Shown here: positions 10,478 through 20,461 of the stretch, piece by piece
How positions within the stretch are numbered: position 1 is the stretch's first letter
How the letters are laid out: each line of letters opens with the position of its first letter
NCBI GenBank assembly: GCA_012862495.1
Contig: BLSG01000298.1
Span: 62,001 to 97,611 of the forward strand
From: Thraustochytrium aureum
Taxonomy: Eukaryota
Length of the DNA stretch: 35,611 nt
Direction of reading: 5' to 3'
The notes under the pieces: generated by a model
What the model saw: the letters and a program-made list of their open reading frames with translations, nothing else
The model's database searches: none
What the model was told of the DNA's origin: nothing
Made by a program: the position numbers and the translations under genes

Positions 10478-12136
10478 ATGTTGAAGCGCAAAGTGCAAAA
10501 GGAGCTCAAGTTTAGCGGGCTCGTGGCTCGGCCTGACGCCGTGCAGTGGCTCGAGCAGGTGCTCGAACAGGAGGAAGATGTGCAAGCGTCTTTGGAGCTT
10601 GTTGTGAAGGCACTCAAGGCGGAGGTTCGCGCTGGCGCCGCGGTGGACCTTGCGACTGTTCGGAAAGTGGTGGAGACGCTGACGCAGGACGAACAGGATG
10701 CTGCCGAGGCGGGCATCAAGATTTTCGACGCGTTCGAAATTCCTTGCCTCCGGTTCAACGCGTCGCGCAAACAGTTCTACCGCGTCGAGGAGTCTGGCCC
10801 TGTCCTTGCAAAGCAGTACGCGAGCGTCTTTCGCGATCGCTTTGCGCTAGTGAGGCAGCGCGTGATGCGAAACCCAACGTTCGCCGCCCCTCTGGCGGGC
10901 ATGGAAGCCGGCCCAGTACGGCCCCTTGCTGGAAATAGCGGCAGGCAACGGGTGCGCGGCGGGCGAGGGGCTCGGCACGTCGAGCTCTCTCAGATCGAAT
11001 CATTGGCAGCGAACGCTGACGCCCAGTGCGTGATGGGCGTGCTCTCACAACTCGCAGACGGCAAGCTGTACCTTGAGGACGCAAATGGTCGCATCGAAAT
11101 CGGGCTCGCTAACGCTGCAGCCGGGCCGGGCTTGTTTTGCGAAGGTTGCTTGGTTCTGGCGGAAGGCCGTCTGCAGGACGGTGTTTTCCAGGTCGACGAC
11201 CTTTACATGCCCCCGGCCGAGCCACGCGCGCATTCGCTCGCAGCACACGGGAACGCAGACTTTGTGGAGCGCGACGTAACGCTCACTGCCGACCAGATGC
11301 AAGATCTAGCGCAGCGTGAGGCGCAGTCTTCGTCCGACTCGTTTGTCATCCTCTCTGATGTCCAGATTGACCGCAGTGCCGTCCGCGACCGAGTCGCAAC
11401 AATGCTCGATGGATTCGCCAGTCTCGGGAGCCTGCCCAAGCTGTTCGTACTGATGGGAAACTTCACTGACCGGCCATTCGGCGAGAGCGAGGGCCAGTGC
11501 GGAGTAGCCGAGTTTAAGCGCCACTTGGATGAGCTGGCCACTGTGCTGCTCGGCTTCCCCGAGGTGCTCCGCCACTCGGCCTTTCTCTTCATTCCGGGAC
11601 CGGCAGATGTTGGCGGTGCAGGCCTCCTTCCGCAGCGCTGTCTCCCCAAATTTATCTGCTCTGCGTTCACAGAGAGAATTACGACAGCTGTCCCAGAAGC
11701 CAAGCTAGACTTTGGGACGAACCCCTGCAGGCTGCGATGGCATTCGCAGGAGATCGTGTTGTTTCGCGACGATCTCGTCGGTCGTATGCGGCGCAATTGC
11801 GTCTTGCCGCCGCAGGGAGACGGTTTGGACCTCGGCGACCACCTGACGCATACGATTCTTACGCAGGCGCACTTGAGTCCTCTACCGCTTCACCTTCGCC
11901 CAATAGCCTGGGCTCACGACTCGTCGTTGCGTCTGTATCCCCTCCCGGCGGCGGTCGTGCTTGGCGACCGGTATGACCAATTCCGCACCAAGCACGACAC
12001 GGGGTCGCAGGTGTTCAACCCTGGCTCGTTCAGTGTCGACGGCAGCTTTGTCGTCTTGCTGCCCGCCAGCGGCGAGGTCCAGTTCTCGCGGCTTCCCGCC
12101 AAGGAAGACTCGAGCGCAGACGGCGCAGACTTTTAG
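10478..12136 (+). CDS. POLE2: DNA polymerase epsilon subunit 2 (B subunit, DPB2)
   Basis: N-terminal helical domain (KELKFSGL), FRDRFALVRQRVMRN, YLED..GLFCEGCLVLAEG, FVILSDV, LFVLMGNF, FLFIPGPAD, TNPCRL..QEIVLFRDD, TILTQAHLSPLP..PIAWAHDSSLRLYPLP, FNPGSF. The start at 10478 fits homolog length; an upstream in-frame ATG exists at 10385. Confidence 0.96.
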   Translation: MLKRKVQKELKFSGLVARPDAVQWLEQVLEQEEDVQASLELVVKALKAEVRAGAAVDLATVRKVVETLTQDEQDAAEAGIKIFDAFEIPCLRFNASRKQFYRVEESGPVLAKQYASVFRDRFALVRQRVMRNPTFAAPLAGMEAGPVRPLAGNSGRQRVRGGRGARHVELSQIESLAANADAQCVMGVLSQLADGKLYLEDANGRIEIGLANAAAGPGLFCEGCLVLAEGRLQDGVFQVDDLYMPPAEPRAHSLAAHGNADFVERDVTLTADQMQDLAQREAQSSSDSFVILSDVQIDRSAVRDRVATMLDGFASLGSLPKLFVLMGNFTDRPFGESEGQCGVAEFKRHLDELATVLLGFPEVLRHSAFLFIPGPADVGGAGLLPQRCLPKFICSAFTERITTAVPEAKLDFGTNPCRLRWHSQEIVLFRDDLVGRMRRNCVLPPQGDGLDLGDHLTHTILTQAHLSPLPLHLRPIAWAHDSSLRLYPLPAAVVLGDRYDQFRTKHDTGSQVFNPGSFSVDGSFVVLLPASGEVQFSRLPAKEDSSADGADF

Positions 12137-12174
12137 CTGTCTGGAGAGACCAGTCGTATTCAGTACTGTAAAGC

Positions 12175-12180
12175 AATAAA
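12175..12180 (+). promoter_or_regulatory. Candidate polyadenylation signal AATAAA for POLE2
   Basis: AATAAA about 40 nt after the POLE2 stop in an otherwise GC-rich region. Confidence 0.35.
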
Positions 12181-12437
12181 ACTATCTACGCCGCTCCGAA
12201 AGCGACGTCCCGGCACTCGGCCCGACGGGCGACCAGCGAGCCAGCCAGCGAGCCAGCCAGCCTGGTCGAAGCACAATGAGGTGTGGCGGGCAGAACCCAC
12301 GCTGAGCGCGCCACGACTCGGTGTCGACGTCGTCCTTTACGCGACGCGCTGGCGCTTAGCGCCAGGTTGCCGACCTGGGCGCCGCGACACACGAAGGCGT
12401 CGCTGTGGCAGCGCAGTTCGCAAGGGGCGCGCAGGTA

Positions 12438-15400
12438 CTAGGACGGCTCAGGGTAAACTTGCGTCCCGGGGATCGGTTCCTTGGAACGGATCGATAAGCG
12501 CGATAGAGAAGCTCCCATGAAGCCGAGCGTCCCAGCTCGAGAAACTCGGCGCGATGCAGCTGCGCTGTGCTGAATCAACGCACTCTGCTCCTTGACCAGG
12601 TTCTTGATGCCCTCCACATCCGAGACTCGCGTTGACGAGCCCAGCGCCAGGTGGCTCGCTTCCATATCCTCGTCCTCGAGATTTTCCACATCTAAACGCT
12701 CAGCATCCTCCCGCTTCTTCTGCTCGTCCAGTTCATGCTGCTCGCTTTCTAAAACGTGTTTCCGTTCGTTTTCTGCGATTCGGTCGGATGCCGCCTTCTT
12801 GAAGATCTGCATGAACTGCACAAACTCGGCAATGTCGATCTCGCCCGAGTTGTCCTCGTCAACCTGCGCGACCATGAGCTTGATCTCTTCTTTTGTAAAC
12901 ATCTCCCCAACCGAGATAAAGCCGATTGCGAGCTCTTCCTCGTCAATGGTTCCGCCGCCGTCAAGGTCGATCAGACCAAAGATTTGGCGGTACGTCGAAA
13001 TCACCTCATCGTCGAGCTCAAGCTGCTCCTTGAGCTCCCCGACTCGCTCCTCAAGCTCTGCTTGCTCTCGCTGCTCGTTTGAAGCTTCCTCCATGCTCGT
13101 AGTAACAACACCGACGAAGAGGGTCATGAGAACCAGGCCTCCGATCAGGGTGAACAGCACAAAGTATATCGCCGCGAGTGTGCCGATGGCCTCGGGTCTC
13201 AAGCAGAGGTCCTCCATCCCCTCGTATCCGTACTGGTCACACCCAAACATGTTGATGTACATGACGTCCGTCCAGTCTTCGAGCGTGGCGCAGCGAAACA
13301 AGGTGAACAGCGAGATGTGAAGCGACCCAAAGTGCCACGGATCGTTGACCTGAAACAGGATCATGCCCAGAATCGCAAACATGTAAAACACAAGGAGCAT
13401 GATTGCCGCAATGTACGTGATGGACCCCATGCCTTTGATAAGGGCAACGACGATGACTTGGAGCTCGGGAAGGGCTTTCAAAAGCTTGAGAGCGCGCAAG
13501 AGACGAAGAAGGCGCAAGATCTCGATGGTACCGCCCCCGCCAGGAATAAAGCTGCCGGCGACAACGATGTAGTCGAACACGTTCCAGGATTGGAGCTTTC
13601 CATGGTGGTAAAAGTACTGCCATGGCTGGAAATAGCGCGCAATCGTTTTCATCAGCACTTCGGAGCAGAAAATGGCGAGGATCGCATTCTCGATGATGCT
13701 CGAGATGTCCTTGACGGTTCCGGTTGGGCGGAACGTCGAGAGGCCAATCAGCGCGCCTCCCAGAACGATGACAAAGGTAATGAGTCGCGTGAACGCCGTG
13801 GACTCGGTGATCGCTTCACATTTCTCTGCAAGTATTGTCCACCCGATCTTGAACCGGGAGTAGGCCAAATCATTGCCCTCGACGTTCTCGGAAAAGGCGG
13901 CTCCCTCATCCCCGATGGCCTTCTGGATCAATTGGCGTAGTTTGTTCACCTCCGCTTTTCCGAGGTCGAGACTATCTTCCTCTTTTTCGGCGCCCAAAAC
14001 AGCTTGGGTTGCAGAGCGCGCCATCTGCACAAAGCTGGGCCGACGGTTCGGTAATTGAGCCGGTTGAGGAGCCGGCTCGACGCTTGCTACTCCAGTCTCT
14101 GACTCGGAGCGCGGGAGGGAGGAAACCGAGCCCACCGAGGAAGTGTTCTGGGCAAACCCCCCAGATGCGCGAGACGCAGTGATCCTTCTCGAAAGACTGT
14201 GGACCATCTTTATTGAAAAGCCCATGGTCATCGATCCGCGAACGGAGGAAGCAGTCGAGTCGCTATCGTCGGTCTTGGCTTTCGCTTGGTCTCTAGCGCG
14301 CTGGAGTACCTTCTCGCGGTAGGCCATCTCCTTCTCCGCTCGAAGTTGCTCCATCGAGTCTGCCATGGACATTGTGACCGCGCCTACAAACAGACTCAAC
14401 ATGACGAGAGCAGATATGAATACGAACGACACAAAGTAGACCACCGACCTGGCGAGCGACACGACGCCTTGGTTAGTCTGCGTCCGAAAGCCGGGCAATC
14501 GTGACCAGCGCTTTGCGCAACTTACACGACGGGCATTCCCGATGACATCTGCTCCGAGCAAAAGTAGAGCCCCGTCTCTTCTGCTTCTTGGAGGTTTGGC
14601 GTGTAGAAAGCGTTTGCATAGTTGTTGCTCGCGCAGCCGTAGTAGTTGATGTAGAGAATGTTGGTCCAGTCTTCAAAGGTGGACACCCTCCACAGGGTGA
14701 GCAAGCCTCGCCACAGGTTGCCGAAGTGAAAGTCGTCGTTCACGGAGAAAAGCAGCCAGCCAACTACCGCGTATCTGCACACGTGGCGAAATTTTGCGCG
14801 CGCGCGTTAGCCACGTCCCCGGTTTGCATTCGTCAGCGACCTCTTGGCAGTGCAGCGGCGTGGCGTGGCGTGGCGTGGCGTGGCAGGCCTCTGCTTGGCC
14901 ATTTTTCAACTCTATTGTTTCAACTTACAGATAGAAAATGAGGAACATGAGGATGAGGATGTACACGATGGCCCTGAGGCCTCCAATGAGGCCAGAGACG
15001 ATGAGGAACAGCTGGGGGATTTTTTTGACAAGCTTGACGAGGCGCAAAAGCCGCATCAGGCGAAGCAGATTCACCGAACTGCCCCAGTCCCAGAACGGAA
15101 GACTGAGAAAGACAATGGTGAAGTCAAAGCCTACAGGACATCCGGTGCAGTCCTGTTAGCCTTCGCTCTGCTGTGCTCGGCCGCGGAGCAAGGTGCCCAA
15201 CCACCAGCAACTTACAGTTCCATTTCCAATCGGACCCGACAAAGTACAACCAGGGCTTGTACCCTTCCGCGACAATCTTGATGAAGCTCTCGCAGCAAAA
15301 CACGATAAGAATAAACGCGTCGATCCCGTTCAGAACGGCATTGTTCTCCATGCCTGGGTACGTCTGCAAGCCGACCAAGGCACCGGCAACGAGGATGACG

Positions 15401-15777
15401 AAAATCACGAAGGAGTTGAAGCTGTCGCTCTCCGAGAGCTCGCTTGCATGCCACGCTACACGTCCGTACTGGTCAAGCTCGGCGTACTCTTGCTGCAAAA
15501 AGTCGGTCCCTTGGCGCTCAAGAACATTGCGACTTGAACTTGACTTGTCCAAGCTTTGGTTGGACCTTGACCGGAGTAAGGCGGGTGCGGCTGCGTCTTT
15601 CGGTTTCTGCGGCGCCGTGCCATCGAGTCTGAGCCCTTCGAGCCCCATTGAATCCCGAAGCCCGGCGCGCTCATACTTGATGCGCTCTTTGTTTCGCGAT
15701 TCTTCCTTGTTGGCGTCCTTGCGCTTGGCCCTTGCGTTCCGCACGCTCGCAGCTTGCGAGGCCACAACGACGACCAT
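12438..15777 (-). CDS. Two-repeat (2x6TM) voltage-gated cation channel with two C-terminal EF-hands; exons 15777-15216, 15130-14929, 14774-14526, 14448-12438; 1007 aa
   Basis: Spliced exons total 3024 nt and keep frame. S4 segments are LLRLMRLLRLVKLVKK and ILRLLRLLRALKLLK. Pore filters are STFEDWTN and ATLEDWTD. S6 segments are MLSLFVGAVTMSM and LMTLFVGVVTTSM. EF loops are DLDGGGTIDEEE and DEDNSGEIDIAE. Confidence 0.93.
14449..14525 (-). other. Spliceosomal intron 3 of the channel gene (77 nt)
   Basis: GTAAGT donor, ACTAAC branch, CCAG acceptor; splicing restores MPVVSVVYF. Confidence 0.9.
14775..14928 (-). other. Spliceosomal intron 2 of the channel gene (154 nt)
   Basis: GTAAGT donor, GCTAAC branch, TGCAG acceptor; splicing restores FLIFYLYAVVG (S5). 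Confidence 0.9.
14857..14884. repeat. (GGCGT)n pentanucleotide microsatellite inside channel intron 2
   Basis: ggcgtggcgtggcgtggcgtggcgtggc seen directly. Confidence 0.9.
15131..15215 (-). other. Spliceosomal intron 1 of the channel gene (85 nt)
   Basis: GTAAGT donor, GCTAAC branch, TGTAG acceptor; splicing restores the conserved S3 motif WNCFDF. Confidence 0.92.
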
Positions 15778-17471
15778 CGTGTCTGGGAATCAACGCGGGT
15801 CGATCACCAGCTCCGCCGCCTGGCATGAGCTGCCAGGGGCCCGGTCCCCGCCCACCGCGCAGAGCAGGGCGCCCGCCAAGTCGGCCCCTGCGGGCGTCGC
15901 GGTCGTCTCAGTATCCGCAGGCCGCTGCGCGCTCCGCCTCGAGCGCTGCACCGAGCGAGCGCTGCGCTCGGCAGACCAAGTCAATTGTGCTTTTACTGAT
16001 TCTTGCATCACACGCAAGAAGCTCGACGTCCATCATGCGGCGCGAATTCAACTATTCTCTGTCGTCGGGTCAGCGATGGAGGAGCGAGTGGTTGTTTGCA
16101 GCTCACAGAGCGCGCCGCTCGCCCTCTCATGCCTTACTGGCTAGGTACCGTTACATGTGAGGCTCATGCCGCCTTGGGCTGCGCGGTTGGGGGGCGAGCA
16201 ACGCCACTTCCCAACAATTCATGGCAGGGCCGCGCAAGCAAGCCTTGTAATCAGACTTTAGCGAGCTGGAAAAGACGGACGTCAGAGTCGGGCGCCACGG
16301 TTTGCTCGTTGGGCAGCCTCGCTGGCTCCAGTCCGAGGGCGTCCAGCCCGCAGAGCTCGCCAATGCGCAACTCGTCCAGCCGCTGCGTCCCACCGACCGG
16401 GCGACATGCTGCACGGTTGCTGCGCGTCGCGCTTCTTCGTCGCCCATCCGGTCGGCCGAACAGCTTGCACGCCGAGCGGCAAAGTACACGCTGCGATGGC
16501 TTGAACCAGCCATCAACGGAATGACACAAATTGACCTGACGCCACAGTTACACAGGCTGCTTGCACAAGAGACTCACATGACTTTCTCCGGGTCCGCCAG
16601 CGCGACTCGAGCTGCCAATGAACTGACGCATCAGATGTCGAAGCCACGCCCACGTCCGACAGGCCCCATCTCCAACCAACACCTCAACGCACCTCGCAAC
16701 GAGCAAACCCAACGCACAAAACCCGGTCACTTCAATCGATTGCAGGACCCCGATTCAATCCACCGCACACCACAACAAACGTCCACCAAAAAACCATCTC
16801 GACGTAGAGAGGTGGTGGGTGGTACTTACTCGACCGGTACGCACACTCTCCGACCACGGCCTCCGAGATGACCCAACTCCATCCATTCGCATCGACCCTG
16901 TCGCCTGGCGCAAGCCGGCACGCGTCTGTGCGTGCTCGGTGCGTGCGGCAGCCTATTGCCGGCCAGCCAGGCACCTCCCCGCCGCCAAGCCTGCATTCCT
17001 TCCTTCATCATGATGAATTACATCCACAATAGCATGAATCATGATGCATTGCCCAGCCCACCACCACGGGCGAGAGCGAGTGAAGGAGCAGTTCGGCAGG
17101 AGGGGGCGGGCGAGAGCGCAGCGCGATCGGGGCAGCCGCAGCAGGAGGAGGGGCGAGCTCGCTCAGCATCGAGCACGCGACAGGCCCACGGCCTGCGCAG
17201 ACGAGGCTCGCTCCTCTTCACACATTCAGTCTTCCCCCTTCATTCCATTCCAGTCCAAGTTGCGAAGTCGCTTCCTTCTGCGAGAGGGAGAGAAACGACA
17301 GCAGAACAGCTTCCAGTTGCTTTCTTTTTCTTTTTTCTTCATTCTTCTTCTGCTCTGCATTCTGCATTCTGAAGGCTCTTGGGCGTGCGCAGCAAGACAA
17401 CGCGCAAGAGCAGCAGGCCGCCAGACGCAGAAGGACACACTCCTGCGCCGCTGCAGAGCCCCTTCGGCAGG

Positions 17472-17562
17472 CAGCAGCAGCAGCAGCAGCAGCAGGAGCA
17501 GGAGCGGCAGGAGCAGGAGCGGCGGCAGCAGGAGCGGCGGCAGGAGCAGCAGGAGTAGGAGC
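17472..17562. repeat. Compound (GCA)n/(GCAGGA)n microsatellite upstream of the PH-LIM gene
   Basis: gcagcagcagcag..gcaggagcaggagcggcaggagcaggagc seen directly. Confidence 0.85.
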
Positions 17563-17734
17563 GAGTTGGTCGCGGTGCGGCGGCAGGGCTCCGGCCGGGT
17601 TGTGCGCCTGCCCGCGTGGCCTGACGCGCGCGCTCGGGGGCTGGCGAAGGAAGGGGCGGTGCCTCGCCGAGCGGGTGTCGACGTCCCCGGCCCGAGCTTG
17701 GCCTGTGCGGCTTGAGAGCGCCGGCGGGCGGAGG

Positions 17735-20169
17735 ATGGGCGGCGAGGGCGGCGGCGAGGAGCTGCTCCACTCGGGCGTTCTGGAGCTCAAGGTGAGCAGC
17801 AAGTGGGAAGCGAACGAGTTCAATGTGTTTCGCGGAAGGCTCGTGTGGGAGTCGGATGGCGGGCAAGCCGGCGGGGAGATCGCGCTCGACGAGTCTACTG
17901 AGCTCCACATTCTCAAGTTCGGGCTGAAAAAGTACCAGTTCGAGCTGGAGAGCGCCGGGCGCACGCTCAAGCTGGCCGCGAGCGGCGACGCAGAGCGCCT
18001 GGATTGGATGCAAGCCCTCGAGTCGGCAGCGCTGAAAGATCGCGACAGCAAGCCCCCGGCGTCCGCGGCAAGCAAGCCCTCCTCAAAGCGGGCCTCGAAA
18101 AAGTCTGCGAAAGGGCCCGTCGCGGCCTTCAGCGCCAATCGCGTCAAGGTGAGCTCCATGCGTGCCGCCTCTTTCGTCGAGGCGGAGCGCAAGACCAAGG
18201 AGGACCAGACCGGCTCTGCCGACGACGGGGGCCTCGAGTCGATCATTGGCAGCATCGAGCAGCGGCCCTCACTGTCGGCCAAGTCGTCTGCAGTTGGCCA
18301 AGCCAACGGAGACGCTGCCAGCGGAGGAGGAGTGGCGGCGAAAGCAGGTTCAGCGGCTGGGTCGGCGGCCGCTGCACCGGCGTCGCCTCTGCCTGCGGCC
18401 GACACCGCCCCTGCCAGCGCGACGGAAGCGGGCGTCTCGGCTGCTGCTGCCGAGGCGAGCCTGAGCGCCGCCGAGCGGATCCAGAACAAGCTGCAGGGCA
18501 ACGTGAGCTTTGTCGCCACGTCCATGCCACAGTGCGCTGTCTGCTCGAAAAAGGTATACAGCATCGAGCAGGTCGTGGTGGAGGGGAAGAAGATGCACAA
18601 GGCCTGTTTCCGGTGCGTTGAGTGCGACACCAAGCTGTCCCCAACGAACTCGAGTGCGCTGAACGGCCTCTATTACTGCCGCAAGCACTACCTGGGCCAG
18701 CTGCGCGCCGAGCGCAAGAAGAGCTCGCCGGCAGGCGCGTTGGCCGCTGTCGCCGCCTCCGCGACCAAGGCGACGGCACCCGGAGCTTCCCCCGTGGCCA
18801 AGGCGCGCGCCTCGTCAAAGTCTATTCTGACCAGGCTGTCTCGGCGCATTTCGCGCGCAGCGCCTGCGCCTGCCAGCGAGGATACCGACGCCGGCGAGAG
18901 CCAAGATCCCGAGCAAGCTGGCGCCAGCGCGAGCCCCCCAGACGACGAGCCAGCGCAACCCGAAACCTCCGCTGCGGAGCCCGAGGCTGTGCAGGATGAC
19001 GGGGCAAGCGATGCAGAGTCCGACGGGGCNNNNNNNNNNNNNNNNNNNNNNNNNNNNNNNNNNNNNNNNNNNNNNNNNNNNNNNNNNNNNNNNNNNNNNN
19101 NNNNNNNNNNNNNNNNNNNNNNNNNNNNNNNNNNNNNNNNNNNNNNNNNNNNNNNNNNNNNNNNNNNNNNNNNNNNNNNNNNNNNNNNNNNNNNNNNNNN
19201 NNNNNNNNNNNNNNNNNNNNNNNNNNNNNNNNNCCTCTGGCCCGAGCAACCCCCGCGTGGAAGAAGGAGCTGGACGCGGCCAAGGCCGCCAAGGCTGCGC
19301 AGAAGGACGCTGTGCAAGAAATCGGTTCTGCCTCGCCGAAACCGAACAGGCGCAGCGTGCCAAAGGTCAAGCGCCTCACACCCACGAGAATGTCGATGCA
19401 GGTCTTCGGGTTCGGGCAGCCCCCGGCGAACCTCATCAAGCGACCACCCCCCGAGGAGCAGGACGACGAGCGGGCCGTGGAGGACTCAGAAAGCGAAGAG
19501 AGCGAGTCTGACAGCGACGACAATGGCGCGGAGGCCGAGGAGGACACTGCTCCAGTGGCGGCCAAGCCCAAGCAAGTCACGTCCAACAAGCGGGCCGCGC
19601 CTGTGCTGTACAAGGAGACGTCGGCCGAGGGGTCTGCGCCTCTGACCCATGCCGTTCTGGCGAGGCCTGTTCTGCGAGGGCGCCAGCGGCGCGCGGGGGG
19701 GGCCAAAGACCCCGTCGTTGTCAAGCCGACCAAGGACCCGCAAGCCAAGCTCCTGCACGCGTTTACGTTCAAGTTTGACGACGGGCGCGGCGGGCTCCGG
19801 ACCATGCACTGCTCTTCTTTGAGCGAGCGCGACGTATGGACTTCGCGAATCTCGAACGCCATCCACGTCAAGGAGCTGGAGGCCAAACTGCATCGAGCCC
19901 AACGCATCGACATGATGAGCGCGCTGCAAGCCCAGGCCGAGCTCGAGAACTTCAAGAAGACCGCAGACCTAGAGTACGAAGGCTACTTGGAGATCCTGTC
20001 TGGCAAGGGCAAGAAGCCAAAGTGGGAGCGGCACTTTTTGGAGCTCAAGAACGGAACGCTGGCGGCCACGCTGGAAAAGAAGAAGAAGAAGAAGCCGGTT
20101 CTCGTCATGCTGTCTGTGGACTGCGCCGTGCTTGACATCCAGCACAAGATCATTAAGGCGCAGGTGTAG
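17735..20169 (+). CDS. Multi-PH and LIM domain scaffold protein (PH - LIM - gap - degenerate PH - coiled coil - truncated PH); probably one gene spanning the 19030-19233 gap
   Basis: PH1: LLHSGVLELK..KW..GEIAL..YQFELE..RTLKLAA..ERLDWMQALE. LIM: CAVC..HKACFRCVEC..YYCRKH (about 18533-18690). After the gap a frame is open from 19234, with HAFTF..ERDVWTSRI and YEGYLE..KWERHFLELKNGTL. Joining across the gap is inferred. Confidence 0.8.
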
Positions 20170-20273
20170 GCTGCTTGAGCACCCGCAGGCCGCTGACTCG
20201 TGCTTTGCGCAATGGAGGGTGTAGGCTGCTTGAGCACCCGCAGGCCGCTGACTCGTGCTTTGCGCAATGGAGG
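20163..20273. repeat. Perfect 55-bp tandem duplication overlapping the PH-LIM stop codon
   Basis: ggtgtaggctgcttgagcacccgcaggccgctgactcgtgctttgcgcaatggag occurs at 20163 and again at 20218. Confidence 0.95.
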
Positions 20274-20461
20274 TCGGCTGCTGCACGAGTTGCTCCCGCA
20301 GGCGCCCGCAGCCGCCGCGGATCTTGCGGTGGAAGTAATGAAAAAATGTGTTGTTTCCTGGGTTTGGAGTTGCCTTGACGCACCCGAGTAAAGAGAACCA
20401 ACTAGCTCAAGAGAGCGAGCGCAACTCTCCAGCAGCCGCCCGCGGACCGCAGAGCCTGCAG

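Noticed and set aside
12438..14561. 707-aa ORF as a stand-alone single-repeat channel
   Set aside because: Its start lies across intron 3 and it begins with the S6 of repeat I; splicing to upstream exons gives a complete two-repeat protein.
12438..15777. Annotation as canonical TPC1 or as a four-repeat Cav/Nav
   Set aside because: The filters are TxEDW in both repeats, the EF-hands are C-terminal, and only two repeats are present.
16000..17400. Several 60-190-aa ORFs in the channel/PH-LIM intergenic region
   Set aside because: Low-complexity Arg/Ser/Pro-rich translations without motifs; more consistent with UTR and promoter sequence.
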